Origin: Batkoa obscura
Lineage: Eukaryota
Direction: 5' to 3'
DNA: 64,000 nt
Assembly: GCA_030770535.1 (NCBI GenBank)
Contig: JASVEC010000024.1
Span: 248,001-312,000 of the forward strand
The notes beneath the pieces are model-generated. The model worked only from the letters and a program-made list of their open reading frames with translations. It was not told the DNA's origin and made no database searches. Both the position numbers and the translations under genes were made by a program. Below, piece after piece: positions 52,061 to 64,000 of this stretch; within the stretch, counting starts at the first letter, position 1; each line of letters begins with the position of its first letter.

Positions 52061-53908
52061 TTAACTGATAGATTGTTTTGTTTGATTCAGTAAAGTTAAG
52101 CTGTTTTCATAATGTTTAAATAATATCTAAAAAATAAATTAATAAAATAAAGTGAAATAAAATAAAACAAATAAAATAATTACTTCCTCACAATTAATAT
52201 TCTCTCTTAAAGCCATTAATACTGCTTCTCTACATATACCAATTAATTCAGCATTCGAACAGTTTTCACTATTTTTAGCTAATAATTGAATTTCATCTTT
52301 ATTTAATTTATTAACAACCTGAATTTTTTGAATTTCATTCATTAATATTTGATATCTTTGATTGAAATCAGGCAAATTAAAATAAATATGATGACCTATA
52401 CGACCTTGTCTCAAAATAGCATTATCAATATTTTTTAAATTATTAGTAAGACCAATAATAATAATTAAATCTTTTAAACTTTGAGAAATAGAATAGACAC
52501 CATCCATTTCAGTTAAAAAAGTAGTTAAGATTCGATGTTGTGAATTTTCAGTAGTATCAACATCATTCATTCTTTTAGGTAATAACATTTCAATTTGTTC
52601 AATACATAATAACGTTGGTGCATTGTTTTTTGCTTGTTGGAATAAATTGACTATGTTTTTTTCTGTTTCTCCAACTATTTTAGAGCGTATTTGAGTACCG
52701 TCTAAATTTAAGTAACTTATGTTTAATTTGTTTGCTAAACATTGACATAACATTGATTTTCCAGTACCACTTAAGCCATAAAATAATATTCCTTTAGGTA
52801 TTTTATTTTCTATTTGATTGCTCTCTGAATTCATCATTAATTCTAATGGCTCTATTAATATTTCATTTAATTCTTCTTGAATTTTTTCCATACCTTGAAT
52901 ATCCTCCCATTTATTATCATTATTCTTTTGGACTGTTAAATAACTTAGTTCATTTTTAAAATTAAATGGTAAATAGTTATTTAAAAAATTTTCAAATGAT
53001 TGTTTTAATTCAATTATAACTTCTTCATTATTATTATTATTATTGTTATTATTATTATTATTATTATTATCGTATACAAATACCTTAAAAATAGTTAATT
53101 GATATTCAATTAATAATATTAGTTTATAAATAAATTACATTATTTTTATCCATTTCTTCTAACATAACTCGATGAACCATATTTTTTAAATCAGCTGGTG
53201 TGAAATTAGATGTTAATTGAGCAATATTATTACTTAATTCAATAGCATTATTATCTAACCAAGGTTTTAATAATTCCAATAATAATAATTCTCTTTGTCT
53301 CAGATTAAGTTGATTTAATTTTAATTCAAAATTTAATCTACCACTTATCATCAATTCTTTATCTATTTTATTTAATTCTCCACTTACTTTTAAGAAAGGG
53401 AATTGATTTAATGTATCATTAATATTAGAATAAATATTTACCTAATAATAATAATTTATTATTTTCTTTTGGTTTTTTTAAATAAAACTTAATTATTGAC
53501 TTTTCATATTCTTTTAGATAATGTATATCATCTATTGCTAATAAATTAAAATCTTCTTTTTCTTTTTCCAATAACTTGTTTAAATTATTTCCAAAGTCAT
53601 TATTGATATTCATATCCCAACAATCTTTAGCTTCAAGAAAAGTAGCTTTAAATGGACAATAAGCTAATTCATTCATTAAATTTTATTATTATTTAATTAA
53701 AATTGATTGAATATTTAAACTTACCGACTAATTGTTTTAAAAGTGTACTTTTTCCAATTCCATTAGGACCAAAGATAATGATTCCTTGATTATAGTTATT
53801 AACTAATACATCAATTATCATTTGTTTTAATTCAATTTTGGTAGGTTGATCCAAATATTGTATTGAGTTGGCTACTTTCTCTATCCATAATTTTATTTCA
53901 ACTTCCAT
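52061..53908 (-). CDS. Double-domain AAA+ ATPase (Cdc48/AFG2/SPATA5L1-like), divergent
   Basis: D1 has GIIIFGPNGIGKS and LAIDDIH. D2 has WEDIQG, GILFYGLSGTGKS, LLCIEQIE, FLTEMDG and IDNAILRQGR. A poly-Asn linker is encoded by an (ATT)n tract at ~53028-53070. Confidence 0.8.
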
Positions 53909-54175
53909 TATTAATTGTATAAATATCAACTTATTGAAAATTATTATTAATTTAATGAAATAAAAAGTTAGCAATAGTATTCATATCTTGTCACTTTAAT
54001 TGATTTTTTTTACTAAGTTGTATCTTATTTTATTTTGCAAAATCATCAGCATTTGCGAGGGGGAATTGCAAACTTCTATCTTCAATTTATGCATTAAAAA
54101 GAAAACTCAATATCTTCAAAAACTTCAAAATAAAATAAATTGAGCTTGTTTCTTCTACATAAAAAATCATAAAAA

Positions 54176-54753
54176 ATGAATCAAGGACAAGGCCATAATA
54201 ATGCTACAAAAGTACAGAAAGTGATGGTACAACCAATTGTAAGTATAATCTTTTTATCAAGTCTTTTTATTCTAGTTCTTTTTTAATAGAATAATTTTAT
54301 TTAGACATTAATCTTCAAACATTTTCAATCCGTAAGTCATTAATTATGAGACCTTTTATAAAATTCTAATGTTTTTAATTTCATTAAATTTGAATAACAG
54401 AGAGCTAAAGTTCGAGTTTGGTTATTTGATCATAAACAACATTATATAGAAGGTCAAATTCTAGTAAGTGGTTTTTTAATGAAAAATAATCATTTAAATA
54501 AAATAATTGTTTTATTTAGGGTTTTGATGAGTTTATGAATCTAGTAATTGAAAACGCAGAAGAGGTTAAAAAAGTAAAACAGTCCGAAGAAGATAAAGAA
54601 GTGAAATTTAATAGAACTAAATTAGGTAAATATATATAACAAGAATTTTATTAATAGAGTTTATTTAATTAACTTTTTTTAAAAAAATTAGGTCGTCTTT
54701 TACTTAAAGGTGATAACATCTCTTTAATTCAAAGTGTTACAGATAAAAATTAA
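54176..54753 (+). CDS. SME1: Small nuclear ribonucleoprotein Sm E, 4 introns (absent from the ORF track)
   Basis: Spliced: MNQGQGHNNATKVQKVMVQPI|TLIFKHFQS|RAKVRVWLFDHKQHYIEGQIL|GFDEFMNLV...|GRLLLKGDNISLIQ. Confidence 0.95.
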
Positions 54754-55371
54754 AATGAGTTATTGAAATAAAATAATGCTTTTTTATAAGTTATTATTTT
54801 ATAAACTAATTATAAGAATACTGAATAATGAATTCACGGTATTTCACTACCTCAATTGTTAATGGTTTTATTTCTAGTTTATTAATTTAAGTAAATTTAA
54901 GTAAGAATTAATTATTTCAAATTTAGTATTATATAAATAGTTAATTGAATGTTAGCCTTTTATTAAAAAATAGGATAATCATTTTAGTTTCTAAACAAAG
55001 TTGAGGCTATAAAAAACAAGCAAAAGATTGTATGATTTTAAATTCTTATTACAATAAAATGATTGTTTTCTTTTAAATGTGTAAATAGTGAAAGTCTCAA
55101 ATTCTTCTTTAAATTATTACTTTTTAGATGCCATAGCTATTTTTATTATAGGATGAAGATATTAAAGTATAGCTATTTTGAGATCATAAGAATGTTATAA
55201 AAGTAATTCAATTAATTATAAGCAAAAGGATAATGACTATTTGATATATATTAAGTTGAAATTTATACTTCAAATATAATATACATTATTAAAACAATAA
55301 TTTAAAACAAGTGCTTATCTATACCATAGTGTAAGAACCATTCGACAAATCGATTACTATAATTTAAAAAG

Positions 55372-55581
55372 ATATGGGGATGTGTTTTTGTATTTAAGAA
55401 TTTTACTAACAATTTTTTTATTCAAATAACGCTTAAAAGATGGAAAAAATAATGAACCCAAAAAAAACATCACCATATGGGGATGTATTTTTGTATTTAA
55501 GAATTTTACCAACAAATTTTCCACTCAAATAGCGCTTAAAAAATGGAAAAAATAATGAAGTCAAAAAAAACACTCCCATAT
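55372..55581 (-). mobile_element. Two head-to-tail MITE-like copies sharing one TA
   Basis: Copies at 55372-55478 and 55475-55581, with junction CACCA-TA-TGGGGATG. Confidence 0.9.
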
Positions 55582-56033
55582 AGTACAAGCTAAAAGTTTA
55601 TTAGAAAGTTAAAGAAGACGAAGATCCAAATTGAAACTAATTTTGATGTTGTAACGATTATGTATGAATATAAAATATTAAAAATCAATCCCTTTTAGAT
55701 TTCTAAAAAGTACAGATACAATTCAACTTCTTCCAATAAACCCTGATTTCTATTCACTGTTATTCTAAAATTTTATTAATTTACTTAATTAGTCTTAAGT
55801 TTAATTGGGCCTTATATTCATATAAAAGAGCTTTAAAACTTAATATTTTCTAAGATCAGGTATTGGATTTACCTTACCTCAGCTTATATCAATTCATTAG
55901 CTGGTATTCCATTAAGTTTAAAAACTTTGAGGCGTTTGTGACTTATATATGGATCTGTTACGTAATTCAACTCAATAAAGCTCAAAATACAAAAATACAG
56001 TAAAAATATAAAAATACTTTGCTTGTATTTTAT

Positions 56034-56819
56034 TTAAAAAGGGGTAGCAAAAAATGTTTTACAGAGGGTTTGAAAAGTGGCATCAAAATTAGTTACTGTT
56101 GCAAACAAAAATAAATAAATGGTAGTATAAGTACCAATGTTATAAATGATAGAACGAGGTAATGCCAAATTGGCAATATAAAAACCAAAATGAAGGAATC
56201 GAATTAAGGTATTGGTTGTTGCAAGGCTATTAAAGTTTGATTATTAATATAATAACAAAAAAGGAAAAAATATTACAAAACTATTTTATCAGTAGGTACA
56301 TTGGCTATATAAGCGGATAATACAGCAGCTGCAAAACCTAATAAATGAGTTAATTTTAATAAAATAATCAAGATTTTTAAACTATTACCTGGAAATACTT
56401 CATGAGCATTCATATGAGCGCCATTAAAACGAGCAACCAAACCAGTAGCATTATGATCATTTCTACGTGGATGCTATATCAACATTATTTTATAATGCAA
56501 AAATTGACTATAATTTAAGACTTACATTATTGTCATAACCCTCTTTAGAAAGCAACGCTCTAGCAGCCACATTTGCAATCCCAGTAATTTTATCTGTAAA
56601 AAAATAATTAACACCAAGAATAGCTAAAGGTAAATTTTCTTTAGAAACATAGTTCAATAGAAAATTGGGAAGTAATTGATGGATATATTCAAATTGATGA
56701 AAATGGGCAATAAAGGCAGTGGAGATAGAAAACATGGCTATTGGTACAATGGCTATTCCTAATACCCCAATGCTGGGTTGTTTGGCTGGTATGGAAGTTT
56801 GATCTTTGTTATTACTCAT
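56034..56819 (-). CDS. MAPEG-family membrane protein, 3 introns
   Basis: GYDNxHPR...LVARFNGAHMNAHEVFPGFAAAVL...IRFLHFGFYIANLALPRSIIY. Confidence 0.8.
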
Positions 56820-57283
56820 TATTAAAGTTAAAGTTAAAGGTTTTAGTTACAATTTGGTACTTTATAGGTGATGATAATGACGTAGTATTAATTAATCCAA
56901 TCATCTTTTTTTTAAAGTAATTAGAGATGCTGAATTAAAAATTAACGGGTTTTAACTCCTTATTAAATAAATATAAAGTTAAATTGTAATATTGAAATAT
57001 AATTAAATAGTACTAATAATATCATACTACACTAATATGACATTGGTATCATAAATAATTCTATTTATTATACTTTTATCTATATATTATATGTTATAAA
57101 TAATAGACAATTTTTCATTATACCAAAGTAAAATATAATAAAAAATAATAACAATCCAAAATTAAACTCATATTTTAATAAAGTAATATTTTTCCTAGTA
57201 AGAAGATTAAAGGGAAGAAGAAAAAATAGATTATTTTAAGATAGAAAAAAATTAACGAGTATAAAAATTAAGATCTAAATTAG

Positions 57284-58045
57284 TTAGAAGGTACCGTTAG
57301 ATAAATGAGGATTGGTCATATTTAAAGGTGTAGTATTACCATAAGGGGTGTGAATTGGGCTATTGTTATATCCCATACCATTTTGATCTGAAGTCATATT
57401 ATAGTTATTAAACCCATTACGAGAGTTAGTTCGAATGGCATTATTACAACGATCTTTACCATATCTTATAGTACAACCAGAATAAGCTTCATTGCGTTGA
57501 ATACGTTCATAAGCAGAAACCGCATTAAGTAAAGTAGTAAAATTAACAAAACCAGTATTCTTGTTACGAATAATATGGATTTGCTCAATTTCACCAAATT
57601 CGGAAAAATCTTGACGTAATTTATCTTCACTTACTTCAGCATCAATACCACCAAGATAAATATTTCTAGTAGCACCCTTTTGTAAAGCGTCTTGTAACCT
57701 TTCACTTAATGGAGTTGGTTTACCCCATCCAACTTTAATTCGACGATTTTTAACTACCACGTTAGAACTATTGGCATGATTAAAAAAATCAATCGCTGCT
57801 TTTGGATCTGCAAAGGTTACAAATGCACAATGTTTTTCAATCATTAATTTAATATTGACTACTAAACCACCTCGAATAACATTACACAAATCTTCAGTAG
57901 TTACCTCTTGTTGTAAATTACCTAACCAGAGTTGACGTGCGTTGGTTGGATCCATTAAGTCTGAATTACCATTAGCCATTAAATTCATATTTAAAGCGGG
58001 TTGATATGGATTAGGTGAGATAAAGTTATCATTTATAAAATTCAT
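57284..58045 (-). CDS. Two-RRM RNA-binding protein, MRN1 / S. pombe Nrd1(Msa2)-like
   Basis: RQLWLGNL...KHCAFVTF...RRIKVGWGKP and GATRNIYLGGI...GFVNF...IRYGKDRC. ATG at 58045. Confidence 0.8.
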   Translation of the reverse strand: MNFINDNFISPNPYQPALNMNLMANGNSDLMDPTNARQLWLGNLQQEVTTEDLCNVIRGGLVVNIKLMIEKHCAFVTFADPKAAIDFFNHANSSNVVVKNRRIKVGWGKPTPLSERLQDALQKGATRNIYLGGIDAEVSEDKLRQDFSEFGEIEQIHIIRNKNTGFVNFTTLLNAVSAYERIQRNEAYSGCTIRYGKDRCNNAIRTNSRNGFNNYNMTSDQNGMGYNNSPIHTPYGNTTPLNMTNPHLSNGTF

Positions 58046-59505
58046 GTTTTTAAAAGAGATCAAAAAAACAAGATAAAAGCAAAAAAAAAGATTGGTTTAA
58101 AATAAACTAAATAGAAGCTTCTTCCCTTTTTTTTAAAGAAAAGTATTAAAAATAAACAAAATTAAATCTCTTAATTAATTTAAAAGATAAATGTTACTTG
58201 GAATATTTTAGCTTATCCTTTTAACTTACTCCCCTTGCCTTCTTTTCTCCATAGTTAAGTTTACTAACATTTGAAATTTTATTGGCTTATTCCATTTTAT
58301 TATTAATTTTATTGGCTTGCATTGAATGCACCTTTAGAATCAAGCCTTGATTAGGAACAAAGTAAAGTAACTCAAAATTTTAATCAAGAGGGTGGAGAAG
58401 ATATTCTAAATGATAAACAGTAGAAATAAGACAATAAATAAAGATATCAAAGTATATAAAAACTGTTTGGTCTTTCTTTATCATCCTTTATTAATAAAAC
58501 TCTTTAAAAATATTGTTAATAATCGATTTTATAGAATAGTTTTCAACTGGATCTTCAAACTATGATTTAATTGAGCGATTAATAGCAGAAATTAATATAT
58601 GTGTACAAGAATAGAATTATTAAACTGGATTATATATTGTTTTTACAGATAAGCTATTATTATTTTAATCGGTATGTTTTTTAAAATAATATGTTTATAA
58701 CGCTATCAACAATAACACATTTTACTACTTTCTATAAACGATTATCTTGAATAATATAATTTCGAAACAATTTATACTAAATAGTATATAATGGATGATA
58801 AAATAGTTTTTACATAATATTTGTAACTTGGTTAAATGATATCCTAATATTGTATAGTAATATCTATTTTTTGTGATTTTAACTCTAGCTTTTTAATACA
58901 TTTAACATATAAAATTTTGATATATAAGTAAAGCAAATACCATGGTATTATTGATTGTAAGCAAATATGAGTGACGACATTAAAATACATGCTGTAAATA
59001 TTTAACTTATTTTAATAGTCAAATCAAGAATCAGTTTAAAAATAACAAAATAAGCTTATATATTTCGTAACAATAAGTATTTCATTAAAACTAGGTGGAG
59101 GATAAAATTTTTAATGTGAAGTATATATTAAGTAACAGATTTCTTAAGCTGATAATTTAGTTCTTTCAAAATTAATCTAAATTTGCTTGAAATATTAAAC
59201 AAAACATAAAAATTAATACTATTTATATTCTATAAATGGTGATCTGAAATAATTGAATAATCTTTAAATAAGCTACTATAGTTGTCATATTGAAACTTAG
59301 CTCTGCTCCTATTCGGATCAAATGCCCTAAATAAATTTTGAATAAAGTAATTTGATTAAAACCTATTAACCGATATTTAAAATGGTCTTAATCCAGAACT
59401 CATGATCCCTTTATTTTATAACACTTAAAGGTAAAATCCACTTAAATCTAAAAACCAAGTAGGGCTAAATAACAATTAAAAAAAGATAAAAGTCAAAAGA
59501 AAAAT

Positions 59506-59715
59506 TTAATGATGTTCTTCCTTTTTAGAAAATAAAGCTTCAGCTCCACAATAAATAGCAAATGCTACACTAGCGATACCGAAACCAGGAAAGAGCCCGC
59601 GTATGGTATTTGCTCTTGAGAAAAAGGGACTTTTACGAAATGCTTCACGGCGTGCCCATGGATCACGATTATAAATTTGAGATGTATTATTTGTTTTTGG
59701 ACTTGGTTCTGCCAT
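59506..59715 (-). CDS. NDUFB3: NADH:ubiquinone oxidoreductase B12 subunit
   Basis: RDPWARREAFR...LFPGFGIASVAFAIY...HH. Confidence 0.9.
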   Translation of the reverse strand: MAEPSPKTNNTSQIYNRDPWARREAFRKSPFFSRANTIRGLFPGFGIASVAFAIYCGAEALFSKKEEHH

Positions 59716-59915
59716 TTTTGAACTTGTAAATTTAAATAAGATAATAATACTATAGTTAATTTTGATTTGAGATCTTATCGATTCCGAAACTTATGGGATT
59801 TTTGGATGGATAGTATAGTTACCAATTTGGAAATGATATAATAAAGCCAATGACTAACATTAAAGCTTCCATGATGATTATTCTTTGACTATAATTTTCA
59901 AATATTTTTAGCAAA

Positions 59916-60855
59916 ATGAAGGAAATAGGAAATTCAAATATAAATCAACCAAAAGATATTAATAATAAGCAATTTTATTCTGAGAATCCATTACATGCTT
60001 CTAATTTGATTCCAGAACTTTGTCGATTATTCTATACATTAGGTTGGGTTACTGGTACTGGTGGTGGTATTTCTATTCGTGAAGGGTAAACTTGATAAAA
60101 TTTATTATTATTCTGGTTTTATTTTATAAAATAGCGAGGATGTATATATTGCTCCATCAGGTAAATTATTCTAGTAATAAAAATAAACTATAATTGAACG
60201 AATTAGGTGTTCAAAAAGAACGTATTGAGCCTGAAGATTTATTTGTAATGGATTTAAAATCGAGAAATATATTAAAAAGCCCAATTAAAGGCTTTAAACC
60301 TTCTGCATGTACACCCCTTTTTTACAATGCTTACGATAAAGTCAATGCTGGAGCTTGTATCCATACTCATTCTCAAAATGCAGTTTTGGTTACTATGTTA
60401 TTCCCAGGAAATAAGTTTGTTATCACCCATCAAGAGATGATTAAGGGTATAAGGAGAGGCTCTAATGGTACAGCTTTACGCTATTTTGATGAACTCGTTG
60501 TTCCAATTGTAGAAAATACACCACTTGAAGAAGACCTTACGGAAAGAATGGCTAAGGTAATAAATAGTGACGTACATAAAAATAGTTTGCTAATAATAAA
60601 TATAGGCTATGGAAGAGTATCCAGAAACATGTGCAGTGTTAGTAAGGAATCATGGAGTTTACGTTTGGGGAGGTAACTTAGTTTTATTTTATTTAGTTAT
60701 TGTTTTATTTATAAATAGACTCTTGGCAAAAGGCTAAAAGTATGTGTGAGTGTTATGATTATCTTTTTGAATTGGCAGTTAAAATGAAAGGTTTGGGATT
60801 AGATCCTACTAAAAAACCTGAAATTGATAATAACGATTTGCATTTATACCAATAA
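59916..60855 (+). CDS. MDE1: Methylthioribulose-1-phosphate dehydratase (methionine salvage), 4 introns
   Basis: [56 protein letters not shown] and ECYDYLFE. Confidence 0.95.
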
Positions 60856-60904
60856 ATAAATCTATTTTAATAAGTTATTTATTAAATCATGCAGTATAAT
60901 GAGT

Positions 60905-61008
60905 ATATGGGAATGTGTTTTTTGTTCAAGGATTTACTATCAATCTTTCCACTCAAACAGTGCTTAAAAATGGAAAAAATGACGAAATCAAAAAAAACAT
61001 CCCCATAT
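60905..61008 (-). mobile_element. MITE-like copy between the convergent MDE1 and CLPTM1 3' ends
   Basis: ATATGGGAATGTG...TTTCCACTCAAA...AAAACATCCCCATAT. Confidence 0.85.
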
Positions 61009-61262
61009 CTTATTTTGTATTTCTTTCATTATTTTAATTTTAAATAGTATAAGAGATAGATTTTGGTATTTCCTAATGACATTCAGATATTTAGAAAATC
61101 AAACAATATAATTAAATATAATAGCTTGCTTTCATTTAAAAAGCATTCATATGTAATAAAATAATTTTAACTTTGGCATTTTTCAATTATATCATTTGTA
61201 ATTAAACTATAAATACCTTAAACCATAATATTAATAAAATAAAATTTAATAAATTGCAAATG

Positions 61263-62964
61263 TTATTGTTCTTTCTTTTCAACCTCCACATCTTCTTCCA
61301 AAGCACGAGAAGGATATTTATACCATTGATATAAAAATACAAAGAAAATAAGATCATCTCTAAAAGCAGCAAGACGAGCGAGGGTAGGCATAGGAATAAC
61401 CATAACAAATAAATCATCTACAAAGGTATTGATAGCTTTGTAGAAGAAAGCACTTAAAGGCACAGCCTCAACCGATTTTACACGATAATTGATAACAACT
61501 TGAGGTAGCATATTGATAAAACCCAAAAGATAAGTAAGTGCCATAACCGCTTCTAAACCCCAAGAATAGAAACTAACATATTTATAGTTTTTTAAAGTAT
61601 AAATAGCATAAGCTGCAACTAATGGGATAGAGAATAAAAGAGTATACTTAAGTACTAATTGATCTACTTCGGTAGCTTCCTTTTCTGCTTTGGCTCTGAA
61701 CTCTTTTTCTTTTTTACTTATTTTTTTGGTATCCTTTTGACGCAGTCTAAATACTCGATATAGTTTATAAAATTCAACTAGTTTAAAATTCAGATTATTA
61801 TATATTATGTTACATTATATTATATTATTTACCCAACGCCGACACAATAGAACCACCTAAAATTAAATTGGAGGTATCTTTTCTTTGGTCGAATAAATAA
61901 AGCACCGTTAATGTTGACGAAAGTGATGACATTATGATAGCAGATTTAGAAGCACCAGCCAAAGACCCTTTATTTCTCCAATGGGTGACATCTGCTTTAA
62001 AAGCTAAGAAATCAAATAACATATGTAACAAAGAAGCCAACATAGTTAAAGCTAATAAAGTAGGAGAAACTTCAAAAAACATTTGTCGCATATTGTCAAC
62101 ATCTTTATCTGATATTTTAATTGGTGAGTGTTCGGATTGAAAACCTATAAAAGCGTTTGAAAAATGTTGATGGATACGAAACATCCCCAAATTAGCAAGT
62201 CGGAAACCAAATTCGATCTCTATTTGCTTTGGTGGTAAGGTTTGGTTTAATGGGATGTAATGATCCCTCCTTAGCCCTATCTCATTGAAATAAAATATGG
62301 GTAAATATTCTCTTCTTTCTGGATTGATCATTGGTAAATGAGGTAAAATATCATTTGGTATTCTATCCTTTGGATATCTTGTACGGTCTATAATTAATTC
62401 TAACTGAATCTTTGATTTAAAATGAGTAATGATTGGCATATTGTCTAGATCCTCAATTCTCACGGAATCATTCTCATCGCTTAATAAATTCTTAGTTATA
62501 TTTGGCATAAACTTTAAGTATTTGGTTAATGGAGTAGTTGAGTATAATATAAGTGGATCATGGTTTTCTTGAAATTGATTTGGTGATTTATCCACTTCGG
62601 TTATAAAACTATGTAAATATAAAGTACCGTTCCTTCTAGTGGATTTTGGTAAAGACACATTGATTGTATTCTTTTGTTCTGAAAATTGTTGTGACCAGTT
62701 TTCTAATTTCCAAATAGGCTTTGGTTGTTTCTTTTTATTAAAAATATCCTTAGCATAGGGTGAAGTGCTAGTATAAAGAGTAAAAGTAAAGTTACGCTTA
62801 GTATCCCAGTGCTGCTCATGATATGGTTCACCTTTTACTTCGTTATAGTATGGTATATTTAAAGTGGGATAAAACAAAATTACAACATTCAATATCATAT
62901 TTAGCAAGTACCATGTAAAGATACCTACAGATATTAATGTAATTAAACTTCCTGCTTTTGCCAT
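61263..62964 (-). CDS. CLPTM1: CLPTM1-family membrane protein (lipid scramblase-like), 1 intron
   Basis: RRNGTLYLH, LHMLFDFLAFKADV, MLPQVVINYRVKSV, YKAINTFVDDLF and FRDDLIFFVFLYQ. Confidence 0.92.
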
Positions 62965-63055
62965 TATTTTATAAAAAATTCAAAAGTTGTTCTACCTTTT
63001 CATGTTACGTGTATTTTTAATTTGACTTGTAAAATTATTGGATAACTTTTTTTCA

Positions 63056-63749
63056 ATGAATCATTTTCAATCTACTCCAAAAGATAGATTAAGTTATCTT
63101 CAAAAGTTAGTCACTCAATTTTGTAATTCTAATGATAAAGGTAAGCAAGATGTATATATAAAATTATAGATAACAATTTGATATAGAATTAAAGTTGAAG
63201 TCTTTAGCTAATCTTGCTAATTTTTCATATGACCCAAGTAATTATAGCTATTTAAACCAATTGAAAGTATACGATCTATTTTTAGGTAATAATATATATT
63301 TCATGGATATCATCTAATGTAGCCAGATCAATTATACACTGAAGAGATAGGATTCATAGAAATTGCATGTGGCGGCCTATGTAATATTTGCTTAGGTATA
63401 ACAAATATACTCGAATTATAGCTCATTCTAAAAAATTTAAATAGATTCAACAATAAAAGAAAACATGCTAAATCATAATGCGATTGAGCTTTTGTTTTAT
63501 TGCCTTAATAAGAACAATGAAAGCATTGTAAAGAATTGTTTAACAACCCTCATGTTTCTAATAGATGACGATACTTATGATGGTAAATTTAAATTAACAT
63601 AATTATTTTTGTTACTTATTTTTTTTGCAGAAATATGTACCTATGAGTTAAGGGATTACCTATTAGAACTTAAAAAATCGATCAATCCTTGTTTGTCAAA
63701 TCTTTGTAACGTTTTTTTATACAATTACTTTGAGGGTGAAGATAATTGA
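63056..63749 (+). CDS. ARMC7: Armadillo-repeat protein ARMC7, 4 introns (absent from the ORF track)
   Basis: Spliced: [12 protein letters not shown]...[32 protein letters not shown]...GGLCNICLD...CLTTLMFL...LSNLCNVFL. Confidence 0.88.
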
Positions 63750-64000
63750 TTTGCGTATCTTCAAACTACTTTTTAATATAAATTAAATTAAATTAAATTA
63801 AACTATAATTTATCGACTTGATTAGTTTATATAATATATATCATTAAATTTCAGATATTGGAAATGTTATAACAATTGAGTTTCTATTTACTTACATTCA
63901 AATGATCCTTGTGTGAAAATGGACATTCTTCTATTATATTTTTCAACTAATCTTATCAAAAATGAACCATATCTAAGGAAATATTATCAGTTTGAGATAA

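Noticed and set aside
56868..56933. GTGATGA...CTGA as a C/D box snoRNA
   Set aside because: No terminal stem or recognisable rRNA guide. It overlaps the MAPEG promoter (CCAAT, TGACGT).

Overview
AT-rich, gene-dense eukaryotic DNA with many short (~45-65 nt) GT-AG introns. Gene content and intron style indicate a fungus, probably early-diverging; Entomophthoromycotina/zygomycete-like is my inference and cannot be proven from this window. About 26 protein-coding genes can be reconstructed. They include a Dbf2/Sid2 kinase, Bub3, a homeobox TF, a BRD7/Rsc58-like protein, HMG-CoA lyase, Rna14/CstF-77, NMT1/THI5, Spt7, Jjj1, a CBS-PB1 protein, Yrb30, Nse3, Tip20/RINT1, a Puf4-type PUF-CCCH protein, squalene synthase, an AAA ATPase, SmE, MAPEG, an RRM protein, NDUFB3, Mde1, CLPTM1 and ARMC7. 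Non-coding structure includes a ~105-bp TA-flanked MITE-like family (8 copies), a second fold-back element, a decayed Tc1-like transposase and minisatellites. The most interesting observations are: (1) an anomalously long, stop-free, ATTAAA-containing intron in RNA14, a candidate intronic-polyadenylation/non-stop autoregulatory switch; (2) the MITE family and a nested 413-bp palindrome; (3) ARMC7 retention alongside an SmE intron 1 that looks U2-type; (4) an E2F/SCB + CHR + CCAAT cluster upstream of BUB3. I found no prokaryote-type system, CRISPR array, tRNA or rRNA. Exon boundaries were read by eye and family assignments come from motif recognition, not database searches.
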